A stretch of DNA of 64,000 nucleotides, taken from contig CAVRCF010000001.1 of NCBI GenBank assembly GCA_963719505.1, positions 1,223,754-1,287,753 of the forward strand, written 5' to 3'. Below the pieces are notes generated by a model. That model made no database searches. It was not told the DNA's origin and saw nothing but the letters and a program-made list of their open reading frames with translations. Origin of the DNA: Halobacteriovoraceae bacterium (GTDB lineage: Bacteria > Bdellovibrionota > Bacteriovoracia > Bacteriovoracales > Bacteriovoracaceae). Below, piece by piece: positions 30,751 through 40,983 of this stretch (positions are counted from its first letter, which is position 1; every line of letters begins with the position of its first letter). A program made the position numbers and the translations under genes.

Positions 30751-32267
30751 GAATGTTAAAGAAAATTTGGATCTTTATTACTATAGGCTTAATATTAGCG
30801 TCTTTTGTGTTGGAGGTCGTAGCACCAGAGCTAAAGCTTGTCGTTTTTGGAACCTTATTGAGTGGTCTCGTTTTAATGATCATTCAACTCTTATACTATC
30901 GAAAAGCTCTTAGAGACCTTTGCTCTACTCGATTTTTTCAAAATGGAATCAGCCATGTTTTTAGAGTGCTCATTATATTGTCTATCTTGGGAGTCTCAAA
31001 TTATCTTATTTTAAAAAATGATGTTTCTATAGATTTAACTTCTCAAAAATATCATTCTTTATCAGAGCAAAGTAAAAAGATTGTTGGAAATTTAAAGGGG
31101 CCTTTGAAGATTACTCTGTTTGCCAAAAGAGGTGATTGGGATCATTTTTTGGCAATCTTAGATAAGTACGAAAATGCTTCAGACTTTATAACTCTTGAGG
31201 CTTTAGATATTGATAAGAGTCTCCCTTTGATTCGAAAGCACAATATTACCGAAAATGGATCGATTTTAATTGAGTATCAAGATAGAGTGGTTGTCTCTAA
31301 AGTCGAGTCTGAACTCAAAGTAACAAATAGTTTGATCAAAGCTATTCGTGAAAGAGAGATTAATATTTTTTATACAACTGGACACGGAGAATTAGACTTC
31401 AACTCAAAAGAGAAACTTGGTGCAAGTTTTTTAAAGCGCTCGATTGAGTCTGTAAATTATAACTTACGCAGCCTTGATCTTATAAGTCAGAATATTCCAG
31501 CTTCAGCTGATGCTATTTTAATCTCATCAACTCGTTTTGGATTTTTAGAAAATGAGATACAAAAACTAGAGGATTATCTGGGCAGAGGTGGAAATCTTGT
31601 TGTGCTTCTACAGTCGAACCTCTCCGGTGCCAATCAAGAATCACTCTACTCTTTTTTACAGAGAAATGGTGTTCAAGTGGTAGATTCTATTGTCATTGAT
31701 AGACTGGCCAAAAGCCAAGGATCAGAATTTACGACTCCAATTATTAACCAATTTGGTCAGGAGAGTTCTATAACAAACTCCTTCCAAGGAAGAGTTTTAA
31801 TGCCTCTGTCTACCGCGCTTGTTGCTGAAGACAGTGAACATCTAGAATTAAAAAAGCTACTGTGGACAACACCATTTCCTGCAACTTGGGCCGAAAAAAA
31901 TATTAAGGGAATCATTGATGGAAAGGCGACTTATGACTTGGATACTGATTTAAAAGGACCGATAACATTGGGATTAACCGCCTTTAATAAAAAAAATCAA
32001 TCAAAACTTGTGGTCTTTGGTTCAAGTGGATTTGTGACCAACGCTTTTGAAAGTCAAAGTGCAAACTTAAACCTTTTCTTAAATTCCCTTTCTTGGGTTT
32101 TAGACGACGAGGGAATTATTTCAATTAATAGACCGGGCTTAAAAAACTCAAAAGTCATGATTTCACTCTCTCAGGAAACTCTCATTCTGTTTTTTCTTTT
32201 GATCTTTATGCCCACCCTTTTCTTTGTGATGTCATTTGTTCTTTATAGAAGAGCTGTTAATTCATGA
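30744..32267 (+). CDS. GldG family ABC transporter auxiliary protein
   Basis: DLT..K..SLS.QS, YTTGHGE, L..GG, N..LFLN...W motifs; N- and C-terminal TM helices. Confidence 0.88.
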   Translation: MVRMLKKIWIFITIGLILASFVLEVVAPELKLVVFGTLLSGLVLMIIQLLYYRKALRDLCSTRFFQNGISHVFRVLIILSILGVSNYLILKNDVSIDLTSQKYHSLSEQSKKIVGNLKGPLKITLFAKRGDWDHFLAILDKYENASDFITLEALDIDKSLPLIRKHNITENGSILIEYQDRVVVSKVESELKVTNSLIKAIREREINIFYTTGHGELDFNSKEKLGASFLKRSIESVNYNLRSLDLISQNIPASADAILISSTRFGFLENEIQKLEDYLGRGGNLVVLLQSNLSGANQESLYSFLQRNGVQVVDSIVIDRLAKSQGSEFTTPIINQFGQESSITNSFQGRVLMPLSTALVAEDSEHLELKKLLWTTPFPATWAEKNIKGIIDGKATYDLDTDLKGPITLGLTAFNKKNQSKLVVFGSSGFVTNAFESQSANLNLFLNSLSWVLDDEGIISINRPGLKNSKVMISLSQETLILFFLLIFMPTLFFVMSFVLYRRAVNS

Positions 32268-33562
32268 AAGTTAATCTTATACTTCTGGCATTGCTTGCGG
32301 CGCTTCTAGGCTTTGCTTATTATTGGGAAGAGCGAGGGGGTAAGATTTCTTCTGAGCAACAACTAATCATTAAGTCACCTCTGTCTCTAACTCTTTCAAA
32401 GTTAAGTCTTGTGAAAAAGGGAGAACAGTGGTTTTTAGAGGACTATGGTGTTCCCATCGAAAAAGCTTTTTCTGCTCTTCTCAATAGGATGTTAGGGGGG
32501 CTTATGATCTCGAGCAGGATACAAGTTAGCCCTCAAAAAGAAAGTGAATATTTTTCACAAACAAATTTAAATTTTAAAATTAATAATAAGAGTTTTATTT
32601 TAGGAGACTATTCAAATATTGATAAAGGATTCTTTATCAAAAGAGGAGAGGAGCTTTTTCTCGTCAAAGATAGTACTGATTATGAAGGTGTCTTCAAAAG
32701 CCTAGATGAAGAGGAGTACAAAAAATATAGTAATTTAAAAAACCTGATTGAATCAGACCCCTCTTACTTATTTCCAACGCGTATCATTCATTCTTCATCC
32801 CCTTTGCAGTCGATTATCCATTATACAAATGGCTCAATGTACAAACTTGATATTCAGTTCAATGAGACCTTTCCTAAGCCCTTAAAGGGATTAAATGAAA
32901 TAAATATTTTGACTAAAGTTGATGAACTTAATTTTACAGGGAAGATTTTAAATATAACTTTACAAAAATCTCAGCCAAAACAGAGCCCCATCTCAAAGAT
33001 GATTATTACTTCTAAGGAAGGAACTTCAGAATATTGGCTTCTTAATCAATACGATAAAAAAGAAGGGTTATTTATTTGGAATTCTAATAAAGGTCTCATT
33101 TTAGAGGTTGAGTCAATAGATGACTCCCTCTTTTCAAGTAGCGTCTCCGATTTCTGGAATAAGAAGCTCTCCCTTCTTTCTAAAATTGAAAATAAAAAAT
33201 CACTCGGTTTTACTATGATAAAGGGATCTCAGAAAGTGAGAGGTCAAGTCTTAGATACATCTAAGTTTTCTTATTCTTCTAAAGAATTTAGTTTTGACCG
33301 AGGTAAGCTTAACCTTTTATTTGGTATCCTTTTAAATAATACTCCTTTTGAGCAAGCAAGTTTTGTTCGGTCAAAAGCTCGTGCCGATTTTGATTTTCAC
33401 CTCGAGGTAGATGAACATCGATACTCTTTCAAGTCCTCTGCGGGGCTATTAAATGTTTATGAGCACAGTTCTCAGATAGAGTTCGTCTTTATCAGGCCAA
33501 AAGCCTCACTTCCGCAGCTAAAGTTTGAAGAACTCTTTACTTTGAAGGAAAAAAAGCCTTAA
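32264..33562 (+). CDS. Membrane-anchored periplasmic protein (DUF4340-like position in the Gld ABC operon)
   Basis: N-terminal anchor ...LLGFAYYWE; ATGA overlap with the gldG-like gene. The family call rests mainly on synteny. Confidence 0.6.
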   Translation: MKVNLILLALLAALLGFAYYWEERGGKISSEQQLIIKSPLSLTLSKLSLVKKGEQWFLEDYGVPIEKAFSALLNRMLGGLMISSRIQVSPQKESEYFSQTNLNFKINNKSFILGDYSNIDKGFFIKRGEELFLVKDSTDYEGVFKSLDEEEYKKYSNLKNLIESDPSYLFPTRIIHSSSPLQSIIHYTNGSMYKLDIQFNETFPKPLKGLNEINILTKVDELNFTGKILNITLQKSQPKQSPISKMIITSKEGTSEYWLLNQYDKKEGLFIWNSNKGLILEVESIDDSLFSSSVSDFWNKKLSLLSKIENKKSLGFTMIKGSQKVRGQVLDTSKFSYSSKEFSFDRGKLNLLFGILLNNTPFEQASFVRSKARADFDFHLEVDEHRYSFKSSAGLLNVYEHSSQIEFVFIRPKASLPQLKFEELFTLKEKKP

Positions 33563-33569
33563 ATATTAT

Positions 33570-34199
33570 ATGGTTAAAAAGGGTTACCTCTCCACATATT
33601 TCCACTACTTAGTGCATCCATTTTATACCCATGAGCTTCTTATTGATGGGGATTCTGACTTGCGCCGGTTGAGTGTGGGGGAGTCGTTGGGTTTATCTTG
33701 GATCTTTGTTGTTATCAATGGTTTGATGAGGATTATTTTGATTAACTTTGTTGTTATGATCTATTTAAATCTGTACTACGATGCTTCTTCAATTTTTAAT
33801 ATCTTTGATAATAGTGACCGCTTTTTGGGCTTTTACTTTATTATTCTCTCAACGATTTTAGATGTTATTTTCTATCCTTTGTTTATGCTCTTTTTTATTC
33901 AGTTTTGGGAGTTTGTTCTTAGGATTTTCGCCGGAGCTTTAAAGGTTGAAAATGCTTCTGAAAAAGCTGCTGAAATAATGAGTGTGGCCATGAGTTCCCA
34001 TATATTAACGGTGGTTCCCATTTTTGGTGGAGTCGCTCAGAAATTTGCATCATTTGTTCTTATGTTTGCAGGAATTAAGCGTCAGCTAGATACTTCAACT
34101 CCAATGGCATTGTGTATTTTAGCTTTTCCTCTTTTTGTTGTTTTAGGAATAAGTTGTTTAATTATGCTTACTTATGTCCTCAGTCTCCAATCTGTTTAA
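33570..34199 (+). CDS. Yip1-like multi-pass membrane protein
   Basis: L.HP..F-like N-terminus, ~5 TM helices, VPIFGG loop. Confidence 0.55.
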   Translation: MVKKGYLSTYFHYLVHPFYTHELLIDGDSDLRRLSVGESLGLSWIFVVINGLMRIILINFVVMIYLNLYYDASSIFNIFDNSDRFLGFYFIILSTILDVIFYPLFMLFFIQFWEFVLRIFAGALKVENASEKAAEIMSVAMSSHILTVVPIFGGVAQKFASFVLMFAGIKRQLDTSTPMALCILAFPLFVVLGISCLIMLTYVLSLQSV

Positions 34200-34267
34200 A
34201 ATTTATACACCACTGTCTTTTGTTCAATCTGGATTAAATTTTACGACTCTCATAGTAATATTCTAGA

Positions 34268-34951
34268 ATGCTTTTTAGATTTTTTAGTTTTCCTTTTTTC
34301 TGGCTTTTGGATCGTTATGTGCGGTTTGATAAGAAACATCACTACGCACCGGTGATTCACGGTAGTGCTTTGACTCGAGACGAGTTAGAGGATGTTTTTA
34401 GCTTTAGAAATAATTGTTATAAAAATGGTCATGGCTACTTAATACCAGATACAGACACGGCTAAAATATCAGAGAAATTATTCGATCTCAATAGCTTCCA
34501 TGGAAGAGTTTTTGATCAACAAGGAAACCTTGTTGCTGTTACAAGAATGCTCCCTTATCCCTTTGAGATGTCTGCTTTGGAGCTCCCACCAAACCTTAGA
34601 CTCTCTCAGTTTAAAAATTACTTAGAAGTCTCAAGACTGGTTTGTGCTAAAAGAGGATCGGGGATTGGACGGCGACTTATTTTATTTATTGGGCTATGGA
34701 GTATTAGAGAAACAACTTATGATGGATTTTTAGCTGTTTGTCGCAGAGGCAACTTGGGACTATTCAATCACTTTGGACTGTCAGTCGTGGCAAATTTTGA
34801 GTTAATGACGAGGCCTGGCAGCCAGTATAGTCTGATAAAAGCTGATTTTCGTCTTATCACAAGATGTACTCTCAACTACTTTTCAAAACGAATAAGTCCC
34901 ATTAGACAAATTGCCTATCAAGTAAAGGTAAGACTTAATAAAATTAATTAA
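34268..34951 (+). CDS. GNAT-fold acyltransferase (LuxI/FeeM/OlsB-like)
   Basis: VFSFR..CY, FD..S.H, LVAVTRM, LEVSRLVC...RGSGIG motifs. Confidence 0.7.
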   Translation: MLFRFFSFPFFWLLDRYVRFDKKHHYAPVIHGSALTRDELEDVFSFRNNCYKNGHGYLIPDTDTAKISEKLFDLNSFHGRVFDQQGNLVAVTRMLPYPFEMSALELPPNLRLSQFKNYLEVSRLVCAKRGSGIGRRLILFIGLWSIRETTYDGFLAVCRRGNLGLFNHFGLSVVANFELMTRPGSQYSLIKADFRLITRCTLNYFSKRISPIRQIAYQVKVRLNKIN

Positions 34952-35387
34952 TATTCTGAATACGACTTGCGAGAGCTTTAAAAGATCCATCAAAACGGTA
35001 TCGATCATCCCTTTTAATTTTTTTATTATGAGTATCAAGGGCTTTACTCATGCAATAGAGCCACTGGTCTTTTTCAATTTTTGAGATTGGAACATGGAGA
35101 TGTCTTGCTCGCATCTTTGGATGTCCAAAGTTTTCGATAAAAAGATTAGGCCCACCAAACCATCCCGATAGAAACATAAAAAATTTCTCTTTTGTTTCCT
35201 CGTCAACTTTGCCCTCATTCAGTTCATGGACCAAAAGGCACTCTTTAGCTTTAGGATCAGTTTCCATGACCTGGTAAAACTTAGAGACCAAGACCTTTAT
35301 TCCTTGTTCTTGACCAATAATTTCATACAGAAATTTGGGCTCTTTCTTGGGCCATATTTTTGATTTTAATCGCTTTAAATAATCCAT
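34944..35387 (-). CDS. Group II truncated hemoglobin
   Basis: LYEIIG...LV..FY..M, FLSGWFGGP..F.E.FGHPKMRARH, WL.CM..AL; likely start Met at 35387. Confidence 0.9.
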   Translation of the reverse strand: MDYLKRLKSKIWPKKEPKFLYEIIGQEQGIKVLVSKFYQVMETDPKAKECLLVHELNEGKVDEETKEKFFMFLSGWFGGPNLFIENFGHPKMRARHLHVPISKIEKDQWLYCMSKALDTHNKKIKRDDRYRFDGSFKALASRIQNIN

Positions 35388-35613
35388 AGCATTAGATCTT
35401 AAATGAGTTTTTCTAAACAAGAAATAGTTTATTTGAAAATAAATACTGTTTTGGCTTGATGCAACTAGTGTAATTCCTTCATATTTAATGGATAGAAAAA
35501 CAATATGTTGTGTTTTTTTGGCCAAATAATTCTTACACTGGATTGTCATACTCGGTTATTTTTGGAAATATGATCAAACACAACACAATTGAGAGAGAGC
35601 TAAAGGGGTATTC

Positions 35614-36240
35614 ATGACATACGCTGGTAACCACGGGGCCATAGAGGTAGTTTGCGGTCCAATGTTTTCAGGTAAAACTGAAGAGTTAATCAGACGAGTG
35701 AAAAGAGCACAGATTGCAAAGCAGAGGGTTCAAATCTTCAAGCCGGCAATTGACGTTCGTTACGATGAGACGAAAGTCGTAAGTCATTCTTCACAAGAGA
35801 TTCTCTCAGAGCCAGTAAACAAAGCTGTGGATATTCTTTTAAATCTCAAAGACACAACAAGAATTGTGGCCATCGATGAAATCCAATTTTTTGATATGGA
35901 AATAGTACAAATCGTTGAAAAACTTGCTAACAGAGGCTATCGAGTGATTTGTGCAGGATTGGACCTCGATTACCGCGCAGTTCCTTTTGGACCTATGCCA
36001 ATGCTTTTGGCTATGGCCGACAATGTTCAAAAAATTCAAGCGATCTGCACGGTTTGTGGAACGCCAGCTACAAGAAGCCAGAGGCTATCAGACTGCCAAG
36101 ATGAAGTTCTTTTGGGAGAGGCTGATGCTTACGAGGCAAGATGTAGGGCCCACTATTTTTACGAACCTAAAGAGTCTCAAAAAAACCTCCCTCTAGAGCC
36201 TGAGGTTCAGCAATTTGCTGAGGGATCCGCACTTAACTAA
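35614..36240 (+). CDS. tdk: Thymidine kinase
   Basis: GPMFSGKTEEL, FKP.ID.RY, IDEIQF, AGLD.DY, C..CG...YEARCR. Confidence 0.96.
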   Translation: MTYAGNHGAIEVVCGPMFSGKTEELIRRVKRAQIAKQRVQIFKPAIDVRYDETKVVSHSSQEILSEPVNKAVDILLNLKDTTRIVAIDEIQFFDMEIVQIVEKLANRGYRVICAGLDLDYRAVPFGPMPMLLAMADNVQKIQAICTVCGTPATRSQRLSDCQDEVLLGEADAYEARCRAHYFYEPKESQKNLPLEPEVQQFAEGSALN

Positions 36241-36294
36241 TTCATGACAACTTGGGCGATGTTCTGTAACCTTTAAGAAAAAAAAGGATAAAAC

Positions 36295-36825
36295 ATGAAC
36301 GCTTATACCCCTGATGTACTCATTTCTGAAGATGAAATCGCTTTAAGAATTCAAGCGCTTGGAAAAGCGATATCAGATGACTTCTCTGGCGAGGAGCTCA
36401 CAGTTATTTGTGTTCTTAAAGGGGCTTTTATGTTTTGCTCCGACCTCATAAAAAAAATTGATCTTCCCCTAAAGCTTGAATTTATATCACTGTCTTCTTA
36501 TGGGGATGGGATGAGCTCCTCTGGAAATATCGAAATGCAAATGGACTTGAGCTCTTCTATTGCAGGTAAAAATATTCTTATAGTTGAAGACATCGTGGAC
36601 ACAGGGCTTACATTAAAATTTCTAACAGAAACATTAAAAATAAGAAATCCAAAAAAGATGAAACTTGCCTCTTTATTATTTAAACCAGCCAAGAATAAAT
36701 ATCCTGCAAAGATTGACTACCTTGGCTTTGAAATTGAAGACAAGTTTGTCATAGGTTATGGACTCGATTATGCTGGCAGGTATAGAGAGCTTCCCTATAT
36801 TGGAGTTCTCAATGCCGGAAACTAA
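36295..36825 (+). CDS. hpt: Hypoxanthine phosphoribosyltransferase
   Basis: VLKGAFMF, SSYG, IVEDIVDTGLTL, FVIGYGLDY. Confidence 0.96.
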   Translation: MNAYTPDVLISEDEIALRIQALGKAISDDFSGEELTVICVLKGAFMFCSDLIKKIDLPLKLEFISLSSYGDGMSSSGNIEMQMDLSSSIAGKNILIVEDIVDTGLTLKFLTETLKIRNPKKMKLASLLFKPAKNKYPAKIDYLGFEIEDKFVIGYGLDYAGRYRELPYIGVLNAGN

Positions 36826-37843
36826 GACTTACTGTGCATCGGGCTCCGTTAGAGTTGATCTTGTCGGTGGAACCTTAGATCTTGAACCTATTAATCTTAT
36901 TTTACCAAATGTGGTGACTTTAAATGTTGCAACATCTTTAAAAGCAAATGTTGAACTGATAAAGACAACTTTGGATTCAATACAGATAGAATCACTTGAC
37001 TATGAAACGAGCTACACTTTTCTTAAAAGTGATTTCACCTACGACAAGCTTTATCAAAGTGACTTTTTCAAAGAAATGACATTTATTTGTCAAATTCTAG
37101 ATCTTTTTAAAATAAACAGTTCTCTAAAGATCATCCTTTCAAGTGGGGCACCAGCTGGAAGTGGATTAGGTGGCTCTAGTGCTATGGGAGTGACTCTTTA
37201 TAAAGCCCTATGTGAAATGACGAATACCACCTTAGACATTGATGAAGCCGTTTTAAGAGTTAAAGGATGTGAAAGTCGCATTCTTAATCAAGGTGTTCCT
37301 GGATACCAAGATTACTTTCCTGCTCTTTGTGGCGGTGTCCTTGCTTTGAGAGGGCAGCCAGGCAAGATAGAAAAAGAGCAATTATTTTGTTTAAAACTAA
37401 AAGACCATTTAGAGAAAAGAATAACTCTTGTTTACTCTGGAATCTCAAGAAATAGCGGAATTAATAACTGGGACGTTTATAAGGGCTTTTTTGATGGGGA
37501 TACCAATATTCGAAAGAGCATGAATGAGATTGCATCGGTAAGCTTCAGGGCTTATCAAGCGATACAGAGTAAAGACTTTGACCTACTGATCGACCTCATC
37601 GGTGACGAGGGAAGGGCCAGAGAGTCTTTAGCAGCAGGTATAACTCCAGAGCCTATAAAGAAATTTTACAAAGAGTTGAGTGCGACATTTGAAAATATAG
37701 GAATTAAAATGTGTGGTGCCGGAGGGGGAGGTTGTTTTATTTTAACCCATCAAACCGAGGACGCTGAAAAGATCTCAAGATTACTGCCTGACTATAAAAT
37801 GAAAAAATTAGACTTTTTTATTGAGGAGCCTTTGGTTTTATAA
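36812..37843 (+). CDS. GHMP family sugar kinase (HddA/galactokinase-like)
   Basis: RVDLVGG.LD, PAGSGLGGSS, GYQD, KMCGAGGGG; GGAG RBS before ATG 36812. Confidence 0.85.
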   Translation: MPETKTYCASGSVRVDLVGGTLDLEPINLILPNVVTLNVATSLKANVELIKTTLDSIQIESLDYETSYTFLKSDFTYDKLYQSDFFKEMTFICQILDLFKINSSLKIILSSGAPAGSGLGGSSAMGVTLYKALCEMTNTTLDIDEAVLRVKGCESRILNQGVPGYQDYFPALCGGVLALRGQPGKIEKEQLFCLKLKDHLEKRITLVYSGISRNSGINNWDVYKGFFDGDTNIRKSMNEIASVSFRAYQAIQSKDFDLLIDLIGDEGRARESLAAGITPEPIKKFYKELSATFENIGIKMCGAGGGGCFILTHQTEDAEKISRLLPDYKMKKLDFFIEEPLVL

Positions 37844-38799
37844 TGGTTGAGAAAAGAGAGTCAAATTCGATTGCAGGTATGAGTCTAGGCGGCGGAAGAA
37901 AGGAAAATTTTTTCTTCTGCATGCTAGAGTATTATGAAGAAAATAAAAGATGGTTTTTAACCACACTTAAGCAAGTTAAGGATGAACAAGAGCTAAACCG
38001 AGACGAAGCGATAAGAAGCTGGATTAAGGATCATGGTCTAAAGAAGCTCATGGTTGACTTCCCTCTAACAGAGCCACCTTGTGACTACTGCACCCTTGAT
38101 TGCCCCGGAACGAATAATTGTCACCATCCTGTAGTAACAGGAGTAAGAGATCAAATAGAAGAGCTTCTAGAAGTAGATAAAAAACTAGAAGAGGAAAATC
38201 CTAAGCGTTACGAACAGGAACGCAATAGAGATGACGAAATAGAATTTTCAAAAAGCGTCCTTGAAAAAGAGACTCACCATCATATCCTTTCAAAATCTTT
38301 TAAAAGAAGGCTAAAAAAAGGATTTACTCCTTACTGGAATAGACCTCTTGATTTTTGGATCTGGAAACATTATTACGACCAAATTCTTAAAACATTTAAT
38401 ATCTCGTACGATTCATACGGAAGCGTCTCTTTGATGCTGGTGAATAGATTTAAATATTTGAGAAAACATTTTCCCAATGATCTGGCTTTATATGAGTCGG
38501 ATACATCTGTTATTCTTTTAGAACTTTATAGATCAAAAATAATTAGCCGCAAGCATCTAACAGAGCTTCACGATATTAATATCGCTCCACTGGCAAGAAT
38601 CCAAGTCGCAAAAGAAGTAGAAAATAAACTCGATGTTTTTATTTATGCAAAGGACTTAGAGCTTATTGCTAAAAATCCGAAAGCTTTCGATTCATTTTTA
38701 CTGGCCGTTGCTGGAAAAAGGATGATCTCAGGTTCTGTAAAAAGTATCCCCAGTTTTGGAGAAGGAAACCCTCCAAAGTTTATCGTTCCTGAATTTTAA
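37843..38799 (+). CDS. DUF429-like predicted RNase H-fold protein
   Basis: G.SL.GG N-terminal strand, VDFPL..P.C..C...C.G...C, YE, FDSFLLA. Confidence 0.55.
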   Translation: MVEKRESNSIAGMSLGGGRKENFFFCMLEYYEENKRWFLTTLKQVKDEQELNRDEAIRSWIKDHGLKKLMVDFPLTEPPCDYCTLDCPGTNNCHHPVVTGVRDQIEELLEVDKKLEEENPKRYEQERNRDDEIEFSKSVLEKETHHHILSKSFKRRLKKGFTPYWNRPLDFWIWKHYYDQILKTFNISYDSYGSVSLMLVNRFKYLRKHFPNDLALYESDTSVILLELYRSKIISRKHLTELHDINIAPLARIQVAKEVENKLDVFIYAKDLELIAKNPKAFDSFLLAVAGKRMISGSVKSIPSFGEGNPPKFIVPEF

Positions 38800-39265
38800 A
38801 GTACTTAATTCCCAGGAAAATATAGGCATAGATCACTGCGGATGAAATAAGAAAAAGAGACCACGCGTTGATGTCACCCCTGAAGACAACAAGCTCCAAA
38901 AGAGTCAGCAAAACAGCAGAAAGTGTGTATCCACCTATATATTTTGCCGTCCACTTTTTTCTCTTATAAAAGAGAAAATAGATAATAGCGTGAACAAAAA
39001 TAAACCCAACTAAGACATTACTAAGTGAACCAGTTAAAAGATATTTATAGTTTAGGACATCTTGACTGCTTAGGTTTGTGGTATTCACTCCATTAATAGA
39101 AAGCACAGATCTGAGAAAGCCTTCAGTAAATCTATACTGGAACCAAAAAAACTGTATATAAAATAAATTTAAAGCGTCTGCTATAAGGCATAGAAGTGCA
39201 GCATTCTTTATAAATTGGGATTTTCCCTGTTTTTTGAATTTATCATTGAGAAAGCTTATCATCAC
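38780..39265 (-). CDS. Hypothetical membrane protein (4 TM)
   Basis: Four hydrophobic segments. Confidence 0.65.
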   Translation of the reverse strand: MMISFLNDKFKKQGKSQFIKNAALLCLIADALNLFYIQFFWFQYRFTEGFLRSVLSINGVNTTNLSSQDVLNYKYLLTGSLSNVLVGFIFVHAIIYFLFYKRKKWTAKYIGGYTLSAVLLTLLELVVFRGDINAWSLFLISSAVIYAYIFLGIKYFKIQER

Positions 39266-39306
39266 TTATATTATGATAAAGAATACTATAATTGCAAAGG
39301 CTTTAA

Positions 39307-40248
39307 ATGTTTCTACCAGTTGTTTTTATTATCCTTGCGATCGCTTTATTATATTATGGAGCTGAGTTTGCTCTAGATTCGGCAGAGAGCGTTGGCAAAA
39401 TTTTTGGCATGTCTCCACTCCTAGTAGGTATGATCCTTGTGGGTTTTGGGACCTCTTTACCCGAGTTTTTTGTCGGTCATATTGCAGCATTTGAAAATGA
39501 ACCGGGCATAGCTTTTGGAAGTTTAATAGGCTCAAATATTGCCAACCTTTTTCTTATCCTAGGGATTTCTGGTCTCGTTGCAAAGTTATCAACTAAAGGA
39601 AAGAGCTTAAATGAGCACCTCTTTGTTCATCTTCTTCTTTGTATTTCTCTATTCTTTGTTCTTGGGCAAAATTTTTTAGGGCTCGTGGCCAGTGCTCCTC
39701 TTATTGGGGTTTTAATTATTTATTTATTTTTTATCTTCATTGATATGAAAAGATCTAAGGTTCTAAACCAGACCATTGAGAAAGAGCAGGTTTCATCAAA
39801 GGAGATGTCTCTTTTAGTCTTTAAACTATTTGTCGGCTTTATTTTATTGTACGCTGGGGGAGAGCTGCTGGTTAAAGGAGGAGTGGGAATGGGAAATAAT
39901 TTGGGTGTTGATCCTTATATTATCTCTTCAATCTTTATCGCCTTTGGGACTAGTTTTCCTGAACTTGTCACGGCACTTATGGCCGCATTTAAAAAGAAAG
40001 ATACCGATATTATTATCGGAAATATCGTGGGTTCAAATATCTTTAACTGTGCTTTTATTTTGGGAACACTAGGTATCTATAATTTTGAAATAACAACTGA
40101 CTTTTCTATAGAGCTATATGCATTAATGGGAGGGGGAACTCTACTGGTACTCTTGAGTCTTTTTCGCAGAAGTTTTAATCGTTTTACGGCGTTAATATTT
40201 CTGTGTGTTTACGGTGGAGTAGTCTCTCACTGGCTTAATCAAAAATAA
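39307..40248 (+). CDS. Calcium/sodium antiporter (CaCA, YrbG family)
   Basis: Two alpha repeats: GTSLPE...GSNIAN and GTSFPE...GSNIFN. Confidence 0.93.
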   Translation: MFLPVVFIILAIALLYYGAEFALDSAESVGKIFGMSPLLVGMILVGFGTSLPEFFVGHIAAFENEPGIAFGSLIGSNIANLFLILGISGLVAKLSTKGKSLNEHLFVHLLLCISLFFVLGQNFLGLVASAPLIGVLIIYLFFIFIDMKRSKVLNQTIEKEQVSSKEMSLLVFKLFVGFILLYAGGELLVKGGVGMGNNLGVDPYIISSIFIAFGTSFPELVTALMAAFKKKDTDIIIGNIVGSNIFNCAFILGTLGIYNFEITTDFSIELYALMGGGTLLVLLSLFRRSFNRFTALIFLCVYGGVVSHWLNQK

Positions 40249-40261
40249 AAAGGAAATAAAA

Positions 40262-40651
40262 ATGGAAGAGCTATTACTGGTCTTAGCTGCAGCGATTGCT
40301 AACTTTATCTTGGGAACTGTTTGGTACGGAATCTACGGAAAGAATTGGAGTAAGGCTTGGCGTGGTGAAAATAACGTAAAAGTTTCTAAGGATCCAACTC
40401 CTCATCTTGTGTCTTTTATCGGATCACTTTGGGCGTCCTATGGTCTTTTTTTAATGATCAAGCATATTCAACCCCGTTCTTTGGCGGAATTATTAACACT
40501 CGCTATAGGAACTTGGCTTTTGATTGTGGTCGGCTTAGCAAGTAAGCACTATTCATTTGCTGGTGTTCCCCTAAAGAAATTTTTGGTCGAGTATGGATTA
40601 GATTTAGTTGGTATTTGCGTGATGAGTATAATTTTATCTAATTATCTCTAG
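40262..40651 (+). CDS. DUF1761 family membrane protein
   Basis: AAIANFILG.VWYG..GK.W pattern; four TM helices. Confidence 0.75.
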   Translation: MEELLLVLAAAIANFILGTVWYGIYGKNWSKAWRGENNVKVSKDPTPHLVSFIGSLWASYGLFLMIKHIQPRSLAELLTLAIGTWLLIVVGLASKHYSFAGVPLKKFLVEYGLDLVGICVMSIILSNYL

Positions 40652-40983
40652 TCTAGGTGCAGTTCTAGTTCAACCGTTGGAAAATCCCAAAAGTAAAATC
40701 CACCCTTTGTTGGAATTTTAACTTGGTATAAAGCCATTGGCGTTCCCCCAAGCCTTCTTACTTTTTCAGACCATTTTTGGATCTCAGTATTAATAAGACC
40801 TTCATACGTTTGAGCCTGAGTGGGCATTGCTTTGTGAAACTCCATTTGAGAAGTTAAACCTTGAATTTTATTTTTAGCTTTTGTGGTAACAATATAAAGA
40901 AGGTTAAGCAGCTCGTAAGCCTCATCTTCGGTAAAAGATTTTGGATTATTAAGATGAAAAATATTATGAACTTGAGCTTCCAT
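40648..40983 (-). CDS. DUF2203-like protein
   Basis: FT.DEA..LL N-terminus, coiled coil, LGG...V.IP...G.Y.W..P C-terminus. Confidence 0.65.
   Translation of the reverse strand: MEAQVHNIFHLNNPKSFTEDEAYELLNLLYIVTTKAKNKIQGLTSQMEFHKAMPTQAQTYEGLINTEIQKWSEKVRRLGGTPMALYQVKIPTKGGFYFWDFPTVELELHLD

Noticed and set aside
29084-33562. GldA/F/G-like operon as evidence of Bacteroidetes-type gliding motility
   Set aside because: This ABC operon is widespread outside Bacteroidetes, and no T9SS or gldK-N genes are present here.
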